NCBI GenBank assembly: GCA_030704615.1
Contig: CM060731.1
Span: 61,752,001 to 61,816,000, forward strand
Length of the DNA stretch: 64,000 nt
Source: Takakia lepidozioides
Taxonomy: Eukaryota > Plantae > Bryophyta
Reading direction: 5' to 3'
Positions within the stretch are counted from its first letter, which is position 1; each line of letters opens with the position of its first letter. Shown here piece by piece: positions 1 through 13,540 of the stretch. The translations under genes and the position numbers were made by a program. The notes beneath the pieces were generated by a model. It made no database searches. It was not told the DNA's origin and was given only the letters and a program-made list of their open reading frames with translations.

Positions 1-185
1 CATGTCCTCCACAATCTGATTATATGGCAGCTAAATGAATGTCTCCCCCAAGAATCAGATTGAAATTCCAAAAATTGAGATAGATTGCTATATATGTGAA
101 TCTTGGGGTTAGATAGTTAGATTTTGGCTTCCTTCCCAAATACACCCATGAGATAATATTGCTTTCTGATTCCTCTGATAAATAC

Positions 186-361
186 CAGTGTTGGACTGGT
201 ATCATAAAAAAAATCATACTAGATTGGTCATGGAATCACAAAGGCCCGTATATCCCAAGACTGGCATGGTCCTGGTATTGGGGCAAAGGGGCCGGGCAGG
301 TTATAGGAGGGGTATCAATAACCAAATTTTGTGGTTGTATAGCAGTAGGGTATCAACACTA
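186..361. mobile_element. hAT-like MITE remnant (CAGTGTTG...CAACACTA ends)
   Basis: Starts CAGTGTTGGACTGGTATCATA, also seen at 51378 (CAGTGTTGGACCGGCATCATA) and inverted at 33699. Ends GGTATCAACACTA. No TSD found. Confidence 0.35.
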
Positions 362-499
362 ACTTTTTTTCCATCTTATATGGGGGGAATATGAATATTG
401 CTCGGGTAGGTATATATACCCAATATATTCAAGAGAATACCCAATAATCTGAAAAAAAAAAAAAAAACAAAAACAAAAAAAACCTTCACACTGGATCAC

Positions 500-585
500 A
501 ATTACTACTGAAATTACTATTACTATCAATACTACTATCACTATCATCACTATCACTATTACTATCATTATTACTATCACTATTA
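500..585. repeat. ACTATC/ACTATT hexamer-like microsatellite
   Basis: Visible run of ACTATT/ACTATC units; explains the spurious IVIV ORF 359-580. Confidence 0.9.
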
Positions 586-710
586 AGGTCCCTACACACC
601 TAGTGTTGAGATATTGCTAGATATCGTTGCTAACACCAATTCAGGATGCCATGTAGGTATTTTGACATATCATAGAATATTTAACATCATCGATGGTAGT
701 CAAAATTAGC

Positions 711-1269
711 ACGTCATGTTTGGGCTTCACCCCTTCCCCCATCATTTCATCATAGGTCTCCAAAAGCCACCATCCCACGTCCCTGTTGTGCATACCCTAC
801 AAGCATCGCGTGCCACGACACAACATCTTGTTCAGCCATAGTGTTGAAAACTCCCTTCGCATATGGTACAATTGCAGCTTTCGCAATGCAACCATGGACC
901 TCTTTGCCCTTTTCCAGGGCTGCCAGGCTTACACACGCATTGCAAATGCACACAAACGTGATGTGGTTGGCCTTCACCCCTGCCCACGTCATTTGATCAT
1001 AGGTCTCCAAAGCCACTATCTGACGTCCCTGCAAGCATCGTGTGCCACGACACCACATCTTGTTCAGCCATAGCGTTGAAAACTCCCTTCGCATCCTCAA
1101 TGCACCCACATTTGGCATACATGTCCACCAGGGTATAGTGTTCAGAATGACATTTGGTACAATTCCAGCTTTGATGATGTCACCATGGACCTCTTTCCCC
1201 TTTTCCAGAACTCCCAGGCTTGCACACGCATTGCAAACACAAACAAATGTGATGTGGTTGGGCTTCATC
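711..1269 (-). pseudogene. PLS-class PPR repeat fragments
   Basis: [38 protein letters not shown] (L motif) and [19 protein letters not shown] (S/P motifs), with frameshifts and deletions. Confidence 0.9.
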
Positions 1270-1800
1270 CACTAGAAGCATTCGTGTCATTTACCACTGG
1301 GGTAACGACTCATTTTGAGTCGTAAAAGTCAAAAAACCAGGATCGACTGGAAGTTACAAACGACTAGTTACAACAGACGTGGAAGTTGGGTCGGACATCC
1401 AATGATTGGAGTGGTAAAACACGCAGATGCGCGAACAACTGCTCAACGATTATTGCGATTAATGTTGAAGAACCACGTGGCGTAACCAGGCGGGCCGCCC
1501 GTATGTCTGACCTTTTGGGCTGACTTTGACTTTTCCCTCCGAAATGAGTGGACTGACTCACCGGAGCGCGGTGACACATGGACGCGGACGTGGACGACGA
1601 TGTGGACACCGACGTGGCGGTGCCACGGCGAGCAGCACTGCTGCCACATGGCCACGGGCCGGGGGCGCCACGTGGTAGTTGACCACATAACTTGCAGTGC
1701 TACATGCCCATTGGCAACTACGACTGCGGAAGTCGGCGCAACCACTGCTTTACTACTTTAAATGAAGTGCTCGAAATTACTTGAACAATCACTGATAGTG
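1270..1800 (+). mobile_element. Possible left end of a CACTA-like element interrupting a PPR repeat
   Basis: PPR sequence stops abruptly at CACTAGAAGC (1270). A hairpin ACGACTCA-TTT-TGAGTCGT and a GC-rich block with CCACGTGG motifs follow. No matching right end found; right boundary approximate. Confidence 0.35.
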
Positions 1801-2148
1801 GTTCATGCTTTGAAGTTTTGGTGTTTGTAATGAGCCGACTAGTACATACGCATGTAATGCCATACAAGAGAAGTAATCATGTCATTAGAAATGCGAAAAC
1901 AATGAAAGACATGCCATGAACAAAACAAAATGAAAATGAAATGAAATGAAACAAATGGTACTTTATTACATCTGCGGAAAGCTCAAAGAGCTTATGATAC
2001 AAAATGAAAAAACCAAAGTAAAAAAGTAGCCCAAAGCTACTACTGCTCTGGGGATTGCCTAAGGGTCAAGGCCTCATGCAGGTAAGCTGCCAAGCAATTG
2101 TGATCCTCATAATGCAAGGCTCAGTGACAGATTGAGTCCCACGGAATA

Positions 2149-5100
2149 GACCATCTACCCATGCAGGTTTCTTGTAGCTATTGATCCACATGGAATCATA
2201 GGTAATCTTGTGCTTGAAATCTGACCTTCTTGGATGAATCAGGACCCACACTCTCTTTGCTCCTTCAGCTACACATGCCTCTGCACAAATCATCATTCAT
2301 CCTTGCCTCGCTGCTAGTAGCTGACAATGACAGCCTAGATTTATTCTAGGAAACATCCAACTCGGCTTCTTACACTAGTTCCTATGTTGAATGCGTCTGC
2401 TAGTCTATGAAATGTAACAGGCATTCACCTTTTTGATCTACCCATGCAGGTTTGTTGTAGGTATAGAGTCAATCTGGAGCTTGAAGCCTGGCCACGCTCT
2501 TGGGTGAATCTGCACCCACACTCTATCCCTGCTCCTTCAACTATCTATACCTCTGCACAAATCATGCATATATCATTGTCTAGTAGTTGATGATGACAGC
2601 CTATATTTGTTCTTACACCCCAACCCTATTTGGAAAAACAGGCTGAAATGTGTTGAGGAAGGTGCCTTCATTAGCAGCACCTCATTCTATCAATTGTGAT
2701 GCCGCTACTGTTTCCACTTGCAACAATTGACCATCTACTCCAGCTGATTTCTTTTCGCTATTGATCCCTCAGCCTGAACCTGAACATGAATCTGGACCTC
2801 TATCCCTGGTCCCTCAGCTATCCCTGCCCATGTACAAATCATGAATACATCCCTCAACCTTGCTGCTAGCAGCTGATAGTGGCGGCGTGAAGTTCTTCCA
2901 GAAAACACCCCAACCTAGGACTTAACAGTAGTTCCAATTCTGAATTGCAACTGCTTCTCTCTGTAGTCGAACAAGCACTCACCTTTTTGTCTCCATTGTC
3001 CCCCTACTGAGTGGGGTCAGAAAGTGTTCATCCCAAAGCTTCTCTTCATCTTGTTATCTGTTTTTGGGTACTTTCCTGCTGCCACATCAGCAGTAACTTG
3101 TCAAAGTCACTCCAAACCACCCCACATCCACCCAACGAGCTAACTTACAGCATTCAATATGTAAATTCAAGGCTGGGTCTGATGAGAGGGAAAAATAGGC
3201 TGAAATAGGTCAAAGAAGAAGGTGCCCTCACCACATTGTCCTCGACCTTGTGTCATGACCCATGGAGGATTTGACTGACCATGCACCCAAGAGGACCTCT
3301 TGTGTGTGCAAGGTGTGTGCTGCTTCCACAGGGAATTGTAGGCGATCTGGAGCTTGAAATCCGGCCCTCTTGGATGAATCTGGACCCACACTGCTCCCTG
3401 CTCCTTCAGCTATCCATGCCTCTGCACAAATCATGCATACATTCTTGCCTTGATGCTAGCAGCTGTCAATAACACTCTAGAATTATTCCAGCAAACACCC
3501 CAACCCTACTTATCACACTAGTTCCTATGCTGAGTTGCGTCTATTTCCAACAGGCATTCACCTTTTTGCCTGGATTGTTCCACCATTGACTGGGGTCGGA
3601 ACCGTATTCATTCCAGAGCTTCTCCACATCTCTATTATCTGTTTTTCGATACTTTCCTGTTGACCACATTGGCAGTAACATGTCAAAATCACTCCAACAC
3701 CACCATAGATCCACCAACGAGCTAACTTGTAGAATTCAACATGAAAATTTAGGGACGACTCTGATAGCAGGGGAAAACAGGGTGAAATATGTTGAAGAAG
3801 CTACCTGCATTAGCAATGGGCCTTGTTCTATCAATTGTGTTGTTGCCATTGCTGTTTCCAGTTAACCATCTACCCACTTGTAGCCATTGTGCTATTGAAG
3901 AAGGTGCCCCCCCTTCCCCATCATTTGATCACAGGTCTCCAAAGCCTCCATACCATGTCCCTGCTGTGCATACCCTGCAAGCATCGCGTTCCATGACACC
4001 ACATTTGGTTCAGCCGTAGTGTTGAAAACTCCCTTCGCATCCTTAATGCACCCACATTTGGCATAGACGTCCACCAGGGGAGTGTTCAAGATGACATCTG
4101 GTACAATTACAGCTTTGACGATGTCACCATCGACCTCTTTCCTCTTTTCCAGAGGTCCCAGGCTTGCACACGCATTGCAAACATGCGGAAGCGTGATGTG
4201 GTTGGGCTTCACCCCTTTGCGCAACATTTGCTCATAGGTCGCCAAAGCATTCCTACCACACCCATGTTTGGTAAATCCTGCAACATTATATTCCACATGA
4301 TCAAAGATCGCTGAGGCATTTTGTAGAAATGTTGGCGAGCATCCATGATGCTCCCGCACTTAACATACATGTTGACAAGGGTGTTGAGTAGAAAAAACAT
4401 TTGGCATGAATCCACTTTGGATAATGTGAGTGTGCACCTGATTCCAACTTCCAGACCTAGAGCCTTCGTCACTCTGCCTGCCTCACAAAGCATCTTCACA
4501 TGTCCCGCAGAAAAGGCATTGTGGACTCCGTCTCTTGATCCTCTTTCAGAAGCTGCGGTCATGGTTGAGGACGTGCCTGATTTTATCAACTTTGCCACTG
4601 CAGCTATTGCCTTTAGTTGACCATCTACCCATTTAGGTTTCTTGTAGCAATTGATCCACATGGAATCAAAGGTAATTTGGAGCTTGAAGTCCGGCCCTCT
4701 TGGATGAATCTGGACCCACACTTATCCCTTCTCCTTCAGCTATCCATGCCTCTGCACAAATCATGCATTCATCTTTGCCCTTGCTGCTAGCAGCTGACAA
4801 TGACAACCTAGGAAACACCTAATCACACTAGTTCCCATGCTGAATTGCGTCTGCTACCCTCTGTCATCTAATAGGCATTCAACTTTTTGCCTCGGTTGTT
4901 CCACCATTAACTGGGGTCATTCCACACCTTCTCCTCATCTCTGTTATCTATTCTGGATACTTTCCTGCTGCCACATCGGCAGTTACTTGTCATAGTCATT
5001 CCAAACCACACCCAACGAGCTAACTTATAGAATTCAATATGCATCTCAGGGCCGAGTCTGATGAGAGGGCAAAACAGGCTGAAATAAGAGGAAGAAGGTG

Positions 5101-5210
5101 CCCTCACCACATTGTCCTTGATAATTCAATATGTAAATTCAGGGCCGAGTCTGATGAGAGGGAAAAACAGGCTGAAATAGGTCGAAGAAGAAGGTGCCCT
5201 CACCACATTC
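2149..5210 (-). repeat. Tandemly reiterated non-PPR leader module (modules A, B, C; about 4-5 partial copies) belonging to PPR gene 5' regions
   Basis: Recurring blocks translate as MICAEAWIAEGA..WVQIHPRGPDFKLQI..WVDGQL and EGTFFFDLFQPVF..DNRDEEKVWN. In ORF 4209-4721 the block runs in frame into the PPR N-terminus (HVKMLCEAGR). Confidence 0.8.
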
Positions 5211-7183
5211 TCCAAGGCCTCCATACCACGCCCCTACTGTGCACACCCTGCAAGCATCGTGTTCCACGTGATGAAAGATCGTTGAGGCATTCTGTTGAAC
5301 AATTGGTGAGCATCCATGATGCTCCCACACATAACATACATGTTGACAAGGGTGTTGAGTAGAAAAATATTTGGCGTGCACTTTGGATAATGTGAGTGTG
5401 CACCTGCTTTCTAGCTTCACTTGGCCTTTCATCTTGATGCACTTATGCAAGAGACAGACATACGTATCTGAATCTGCTGAAATGCCTCCTTGGTTTAAAG
5501 TCAGTAGAGCCTCCTCCAGTTTGTCTGCCTCACAAAGCATCTTCCCATACCCATAAGTGCCAGAAGAGGCATTGTGGACTCCCTCTCTTTATCATCTTCC
5601 AGAGTTGTGGTCATGGTTGAGGTACCTAACTTATCAACTGTGCCACTGCAACTGTTGCCTTTGGCGATGCAACCATGCACCTCTTTTGCATCTGGTAATC
5701 TGACAGACAATCACCTCGGTACAATTCCAGCTTTGATGATATCCCCATGCACCTCTTGCCCTTCTCCAGGCCGGCTGCCAGGCTTGCAGAAGCATTGCAA
5801 ATGCACACAAACATGATGTTTTTCCCCCATCATTTGCTTATAGCTCTCCAAAGCCTCCATCCCACGTCCCTGCCGTGCATACCCTGCAAGCATCGCACTC
5901 CACGACACCACATCTCGTTCAGCCATAGTGTCAAACACTCCCTTTGCATCCTAGATGCACCCACATTTTGCAAATATGTTCACCAGGGTATTGTTCAGAA
6001 TGACATCTGGTACAATTCCAACTCTGAAGATGTCGCCATGGACCTCTTTCCCCTTTTCCAAAACTGCTAGGGCAGTGTTCAGATTGACATTTGGCACAAT
6101 TCCAGCTTTGATGATATCCCCATGCACCTCTTGCCCTTCTCCAGGGTTGCCAGGCTTGCACAAGCATTGCAAATGCACACAAACAGGATGTGCTTCCCCC
6201 ATCCTTTGCTCATAGGTCTCCAAAGCCTCCATCCCATGTCCCTGCCGTGCATACCTTGCCAGCATCGCACTCCACGACACCACATCTCGTCAGCCATAGT
6301 GTCAAACACTCCCTTTGCATCCTAGATCCTAGATCCTAGATCCCTTTACACCCACATTTTGCAAACATGTCCACCAGGGTATAGTTCAGAATGACATTTG
6401 GTACAATTCCAGCTCTGAAGATGTCACCATGGACCTCTTTCCCCTTTTCCAGAGCTGCCAGGGTAGTGTTCATAATGACATTTGGTACAATTCCAGCTTT
6501 GATGGTACCCAATGCACCGCTTTGCCCTTGTCCAGGGCTCAATGCACCCACATTTTGCATACATGTCCACTAGGATATGGTTCAGAATGGCATTTGGTAC
6601 AATTCCAGCTTTGATGATACCCCATGCACCTCTTTGCCCTCGTCCAGGCTCGATGCACCCACATTCCGCATACATGTCCACCAGGGTATGGTTCAGACTG
6701 ACATTTGGTACAATTCCAGCTCTGAAGATGTCGCCATGGACCTCTTTCCCCTTTTCCAGAGCTGCCAGGGCAGTGTTCAGAATGACGTTTGGTACAATTC
6801 CAGCTTTGATGATATCCCCAGGCACCTCTTTGCCCTTGTCCAGGGCTGCCATGCTTGCACAAGCATTGCATATGCACACAAAAGTGGCCAGGCTTCACCC
6901 CCTCCCCCATCATTGGATCGATCATAGGTCTCCAAAGCCTCCATCCCACGTCCCTGTTGTGCATACCCTGCAAGCATCGCACTCCACAACACCACATCTC
7001 GTTCAGCCATAGTGTCAAAAACTCTCTTTGCATCCTCAATGCATCCACATTTGGCATACATATCCAGGTCAGGGCAGTGTTCAGAATGACATTTGGTGCA
7101 ATTCCAGCTTTGACCGATGTCATCATGGACCTCGTTCCCCTTTTCTAGGCTTGCACACGCATTACAAACACATACAAACGCGA
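3890..7183 (-). pseudogene. Scrambled PLS-PPR pseudogene array including two N-terminal starts (MLCEA...GISADSDTYVCLL)
   Basis: Many short ORFs with P/L/S motifs, frameshifts, partial-motif duplications (6336-6880) and a (TCCTAGA)3 slippage at ~6320. Confidence 0.9.
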
Positions 7184-10100
7184 TGAAAGTAGGCCACCAG
7201 TAACCTGCATGTAGTATCTTCCTGCTGGTAGTCTCTTCTCCAAAATGACCTCCTGCCACTCCTTTATGAACTTCCTCCAAAACTTTATTAACTTCATGGT
7301 GGTATAAGCATCGCTTCAGCACTCCATCTGGTCCTAGCTTATACATTCTGCTCCCTACCATAGTGTAAGGTAGAGCCTTGATAGCAATTCTCTTTCTCTG
7401 CTCCTTTCCATAACTTGGTGGGCACTGACCATGAACAAGGTAGTATCTGATTGGCCACTGCCAATCTAACCAGTCATCTGCACTTCCCTACACCTCCACT
7501 GCAAATAGACTCGCATCTGGTAATTGATCATATACTCCCGTGGCTGGTTCTCCTGTTGATAACCGTGACAAGTGATCCGCCACAAGATGCAGCCTCCCAG
7601 GCTTGTAAACAACCTCGAACTCAAACTCGTGCAAGATTATCAACCATCTTGCTATTCTTCCGCTTATCAGAGGTTTGTTTACCAGGTATATCAGAGCCTG
7701 GTGATCCACATAGAACATAAACTTCTTGCCCAACAGGTAATGCCTGAATTTCTTCACTGCATAGATCATTGTTAATGCTTCTCTTTCCGTTGTGCTATAC
7801 TTTCTTTCGGCATTATTCATCAATCGGCTAGCATAGTACACAAGTGAATCTATCCTTCCTGTAACATTTTGGGCTAACACTGCTCCTAGTGCTTCTCCAG
7901 AAGCATCACAGTGAACATGAAATATTTCCTGCCAGTGAGGATTAATCAGCACAGGTGTAGTTGTTACTAACAATGTAAGTTCCTCAAAAGCCTGTTGACA
8001 TTCAAGTGTCCATGCAAACACTGCATCTTTCTTCAGAAGTTTGCTCAATGGTGCTGCTATCTGTGCATACCGTCTGACAAATCTTCTGTAATAGCTGGTT
8101 TGTCCAAGGAATCTCCTTAGACTCTTAACATTCACTGGTGGTGGAGAGGCTTTAATGGCCTCTGTTTTCCTGGGATCCACAAGAAGTCCCCTCTTACACA
8201 CAATGTGTCCCAGAAGCACCCCTGAGTTCACACAGAAAGTACACTTCTCTGGATTCAGGCCTAGACCTCTCATCCTGCATCTGGCCAGACATAACTCCAA
8301 TTTATGCAAGTGCTCATTCTTAGAGCTGTACACACTGAAATCATCCAAGAACACTTGCATGAAATCATCCAGATACTCATGAAAAGATTCACTTATCACT
8401 CTCTGAAAGGTTGCTGGTGCATTACAAAGTCCAAAGGGCATGACTTTGTATGCATAAGCACCCCAGTCTGTGATGAAAGCTGTCTTTCATTGGTCTTCTT
8501 CTGCCACTTGCACTTGATTATAACCACAAAAGCCATCCATGAATGAGTACATCTCATGGCCTGCCACAGTGTCCAATACTGCTTCTGTGAATGGCAAAGG
8601 GAAATGATCTTTCTTCGTACAAGCATTCAGCTTCTTGTAGTTCACACAAACTCTTAGTTTACCATTCTTCTTGGGAACTATTACAATGGGTGACAACCAA
8701 GTTGTATACTCTATTGGGTATATAAACTTAGCCTCAGCCAACTTCTTGATCTCTTCTCCAACCTTCTGTGCATAGTTGGGATTCATTCTGTACCTTGCAT
8801 GCTTGATTGGTACTGACCCTGGTTCCAGTTCAATCTTATGCTGACAGATTTCAGGTGGTATCCCTTTTAGATCCTTATAGCTCTAAGCAAATACATCTCT
8901 GTATTTGATGAACAAACTCTTAGCTTCTTCAAAGAATTCTGGCTCCAAATCAGCTCCTACCTTCACCATCCTCGGTTCCTCTTTAGTTCCCACATTCACT
9001 TCCCTCACCTGCTCATCAGCTGTGATTGTCCAACCAGTCACCACTTCATCCTGTAAACTCACAGTGGCTAGTTCCTCTAGGATTTCCATTTCTCCTTCTC
9101 TTTCTTCATAGAAATGTGATGGGTAACTGCTGGTTTCCTCTTCAATTGGTGTTGCTGACACTACACCACAACAGATACCCCTTAAACAACTTAGGCCTTC
9201 CAGCCGCATCTCTGCAACCTGCTCCCACTCTGGGTGTGCAGCAAACAGGGTAGCTTCCTGCTCCTCATCCAGTCCTCCTCTCCAGTCATACTCTCTGACC
9301 CCTCGAGGTCTTCTCGTAGCAGGTAATCTACTAGATTTCTTTGTGGTAATTTGTATCTCGTGCATCCCATTATGCACGGTCATGGAATACCCTGGCCTAT
9401 TTCAGCCACGGACGTCCCAATAATAAGGAGTAAGCCTCCATGACTTCATCCATCTTTAACACAGTTACTGTGATCGTAAAGATCATCTTCTGTATTTGTA
9501 TCTTAACTCCTCTTATTAATCCCAATGGCTGTACACTTCTTTGATCTGCCATTGTTACTGTAAATGGGGCTGGTTTCATGTTACTTAGACCAAGCTTCTT
9601 CCTTAATTGGTCTGTCATGATATTTACTCCGGAGCCTCCATCTATCAGTACATCAGTTAGTTCTGTGCTTCCAATTCTCAATTGGATTACTGGCATAGAA
9701 TCATCAAAGTCCATGACTGTTTCTCACCCTTCCGGCTTCACATTATAACTGGTCACCTTGCTGTTCAGGTCTGTGTTTTCTGTCTCTTGGGCAATTCGAT
9801 TGATTGCTTGATACAGCATGTGTCTACAATAAGGTGCCACAGCCAATAGCTGTCCAATGGTAATCTCCGCTTTGGTCTGGCATATTACTTCAGCCAAAGT
9901 CCCTTCATTACTTTGCATGTCTGCAGCTTCTTTCTTCCTTTCATCCTCACTCACTTCTTCTTCTCCATCAGAATCAGAGGAATCTGCCACAGGAATATCA
10001 GTACTCTTCTGCATTTCCCTTATGGTATCTGCCACTTCCTTGTGCAGTTCCTTCTCATCTCTCCAAGCCTCATCATCTTCAGGCATATCACTGCTACCTT

Positions 10101-10242
10101 CATTATCATCATCTTCCTCAACTACTAGAGTTATTAGTTTGGCTTTGCTTCTTGTTACTATCATTGTACTTACTTCTGGTACAACACATAGCCTAACCAT
10201 GTGAGCTGCCACTACTGGGTCCTCATTCACAGGAGCTCTCAT
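7184..10242 (-). pseudogene. pol: Retrotransposon Pol (PR-RT-RH-partial INT), broken by stops and frameshifts
   Basis: ORFs 9397-9714 (PR), 8487-8786 and 7488-8441 (RT/RH), 7184-7450 (integrase N-terminal region). Confidence 0.9.
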
Positions 10243-10380
10243 CTCATTCTGGTGTCTAATCCAGAATGAACAGGCTGCCTTGCGATGTCCTGGCTGATTA
10301 CAATAGTAACATAGTTCTTCACCATTGGGTCCTCGCCCTTGGTCTGCTCTTGGATTATTTCTGAAATCCTGATTCCCGGG

Positions 10381-12207
10381 CTAGTAATTCCCCCTTGGAT
10401 TACCCTGATAGTTGCCTCTAGAATTTCCTTGGTAATTCCCTCTTGAATTACCTCTCCCTTCCATGCCATTGTTATAACCACCAGACCTACCATAGTGGTC
10501 CTGATCATTGTTTCTTCTTGGCTTGGGCTGCACCTGATGCACCCTTACTTGCCTAGGTTCTCTTGCAACTGTCCTTCTGTTGTAGTAACAATTCTCAGTA
10601 GAATGGTTATCCATTTTACAGATAGTACAGTGTTTCTCCTTCATGTGGCATTCTATGGTGGTATGGCCTTCATTCTGGCACTTTGCACACCATACACCCT
10701 TCCTCCAATGTGTTGCAGCCTCTGTGGCATACTTCTTCAAGATTTCTTCTAATCTTTTCTCATAGTTATCCCTCTTCAACTTCTCCTTTCTCTTACTCTT
10801 CCTTTTTAGTTCTTGCTCTTCTTCTTCATCTGACTCATCCTCAGAGTCCTCATCATCCGTTTTCTCTCTCCTGAGCATTCCCAATTGCTCAATTCTGTTT
10901 GCAGTTTCAAATGCCTCCTCCACTGTATTATGGGGTAACATATTCACTTTCTTCTGCAGCTCTGGCCTTAGTCCACTCACAAACCAAGTCTTCTGTAAAC
11001 CTGGTGCTGGTACAGCAGCCAGCTTTTTCATCATTAATTCCATCTTTTCCATATACTCCTCAACAGTTTCATGCTTCTTTTGCTTTAACTGTTGTAAACT
11101 TCCATACACTTCATCCTCAGTTTTACTTGTCCTGAACCTATTTCGGAATGCTGTATTCAAGCCATTCCAGGTTAGGAAATGATTATCAGGGAATCTTGCA
11201 TACCATTCACTTGCTTTCTTGATAAGTGAACAAGGAAACAATCTCATCTTGGCATCATCGCCATTCTCATTGTTCACTATACACATGTGCTCAAATTGGC
11301 TAATGTGTACATCGGGATCCCCTTTTCCTGAATATATTGGAAAATGTGGTTTTGCCCGTGTTGGTTGTAACGCCATCTGTGGCCCTACCTTCTGCCCACT
11401 GAGAGGTGCGGGCACCCTTGCTGGTGCTGGTCCTTCAGGACCTGTTGTTGTTGTGGTGGATCTTCCACCAAGTGGTGGCCCTTGAGCACTCCTTGCTACT
11501 GGCCCCACGATATTCACAGTATTCCTAGCTCCAGTTGCACTACTTCCCACACTCCCTGTCCCCCCAGAGCCAGATCCAGGCAGCCCGCCTGATCCCCCTG
11601 AGCCGACACCTTCGTTGGCCTGTGATCCAAGTTCTCCACTTGATCCAGGTCCAACGGGTTGGGATGTCCTGGTTGTAGTCTCAACCTCAGCTGTTGGGTC
11701 TACTTCTTCATACTCTTCCTCTTCCAATTTCTTCTCTCTATTTTCATCCTCCAAGTTCTGCCCTTGGGTTTCTTCTTCACTCATGTAACTCAACTGCAAT
11801 GGTGTTGGAGAGTCTGAACTCTCCGTTGGCTCTGCCACATCCTCTCCTCCTTCTTCACCTTCCGCCTCAGAAACTGGAGTTCCTGCTTTTGGTGTTCCAT
11901 GCCAACTCTTATCAAAGATTTCTGTCAAATCTTTTATCCAGGGATGTACCTCAGATCTTTCACCTCGTGATTGATCTTCTTCCCGTACCAATTCCCTTAA
12001 TCTTTCTTGCAAAGAAAAAGAAGGAGTGGCATCCAACTCTAGTTCTTCCGGTATGGGTGATATACTCTCTGATCTTAATGGTGTGAGAGGTCCAGATGAT
12101 TCCCCTATGTCTATTCCTCTCTCCCAAAGATATGGATAATTAGCTTTCAGATAGCTTTCTCTTTTTGCTGAATATCTCTGGCGTCTAGCTTCTCTTTCAT
12201 CATTCAT
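10381..12207 (-). CDS. gag: Retrotransposon Gag (frameshifted at the 3' end)
   Basis: 608-aa ORF with gag core (YSGKGDPDVHISQF..MRLFPCSL..ASEWY) and CAKCQNEGHTTIEC / CTICKMDNHSTENC knuckles. A third knuckle, CYYCNQPGH, lies in a shifted frame near 10300. Confidence 0.88.
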   Translation of the reverse strand: MNDEREARRQRYSAKRESYLKANYPYLWERGIDIGESSGPLTPLRSESISPIPEELELDATPSFSLQERLRELVREEDQSRGERSEVHPWIKDLTEIFDKSWHGTPKAGTPVSEAEGEEGGEDVAEPTESSDSPTPLQLSYMSEEETQGQNLEDENREKKLEEEEYEEVDPTAEVETTTRTSQPVGPGSSGELGSQANEGVGSGGSGGLPGSGSGGTGSVGSSATGARNTVNIVGPVARSAQGPPLGGRSTTTTTGPEGPAPARVPAPLSGQKVGPQMALQPTRAKPHFPIYSGKGDPDVHISQFEHMCIVNNENGDDAKMRLFPCSLIKKASEWYARFPDNHFLTWNGLNTAFRNRFRTSKTEDEVYGSLQQLKQKKHETVEEYMEKMELMMKKLAAVPAPGLQKTWFVSGLRPELQKKVNMLPHNTVEEAFETANRIEQLGMLRREKTDDEDSEDESDEEEEQELKRKSKRKEKLKRDNYEKRLEEILKKYATEAATHWRKGVWCAKCQNEGHTTIECHMKEKHCTICKMDNHSTENCYYNRRTVAREPRQVRVHQVQPKPRRNNDQDHYGRSGGYNNGMEGRGNSRGNYQGNSRGNYQGNPRGNY

Positions 12208-13354
12208 GTCCCATGTCTTTCATTTCTTTTAATGTGGCAATAACCAAAACTCTCTTCTGTAATATCTCTTGTATATGCCTGGGTTTCTTTCAAGCTTCAA
12301 TGCACCCTTGGCTATACTTGAAGTCTCTGTTACCATATAACCCATATGGCAAACAAGTCTGGAAAGCTGTTGCTCTTCCTCTACAGGCCACCTGATAAAT
12401 CTTTATCACTCCTTTCTCCAGACCCCACTCAGGATCAGCATCATGCACTCTCTTAAGAATGTTTTCTTTACAACCGTCTGGCAATTCCAAGAACCTCTGA
12501 AAGAATCGTTTGGACAATCTTTCCTTCTCAGTTTCACAAGGAATTTGATTCACATCAAATTCTTTAATTCTCCTACCACCATGATCCCACCAGATGCCTG
12601 TCACATCTGCTTGTTCATGACCCAGTTCCCCAGTATGGTCGCCAAATGTCGCGCGGCTTTTACTCACCCATCCCTTCGCTATCCGAGGCGGAAACTCCAA
12701 GATAGAAGAGTTGGAAATCTCTAAGCACTCAGCCCGCTCAGAACAATCAGTCATGACCTACAGCTAGTGTATCATGGGGGTGTTTCCTATTTGTTTTCCT
12801 TCCCGCATTCATGTTAGCTAGTTACCTTATTGTTGGTAATTAAGTATCAGTTTGCTTCAGCAATTTATCGGATTCCATCAACTCATCCATTCATTCCACA
12901 GCTTCACTCACATCTCTCTACACAGTGTGAGTATGAAGTATGTATCAGATTAATATCTATCAAGTATCAGGCTGAAGCCATGGTATCTCTATTCTGCTCT
13001 ACATTACAACTCTACTTCTTGCATTCAGCAAGTATCAACAGATCGTTCTCCTCCTACTCCATGCTCTCCTTCTTTCTGCTCAGAGATGCGCTCTCCGCCT
13101 AGTTCTGATTTCCCCAAGTGATGTCCGAAGTCCCCCCAAGAAGTGCCCCCCCACTCCTTCCAGCAGTGATTCCCCAAGAAGTGATCCAAGAATTGATCCT
13201 TTTCCAGTCCTTGCTCCTGGCTTTGTCTTCCTACCCGTTGTTCTAACCGTTTCCCTCACTAACCGTCATCCGTGAACTAACATGTTCCATTCGCAGGTGT
13301 TGTTCCCCACAGTCGTTCCCTGTCCTGCTATCCGTTCCCTATGGTCGTGACAGC

Positions 13355-13540
13355 TGTCAAGCTGTGACTGGCTGTGTGAAACTGTGACCGGCTATGACCG
13401 GCTGTGTCGGGCTGTGACTGGCTGTGCGACTGTGTTGGGCTGTGATGGGTTGTGACTGGCTGTGTGGTTTTTGTGGCTGTGTCAGGCTGTGTCGGTTGTG
13501 CGAAGCTGTGACGGGTTGTGTTGGCTGTGACGGGCTGTGT
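13355..13540. repeat. ~10-bp tandem repeat (GGCTGTGACG-like) in the retroelement 5' leader
   Basis: Visible degenerate GCTGTG-core array. Confidence 0.85.

Noticed and set aside
1920-2148. Possible retroposon 3' tail (AATAAA plus ATTTC repeats, minus strand)
   Set aside because: No second copy or coding motif to support it.
7683-7698. GGTATATCAGAGCC resembling an iMet PBS
   Set aside because: Lies inside RNase H coding sequence on the wrong strand.
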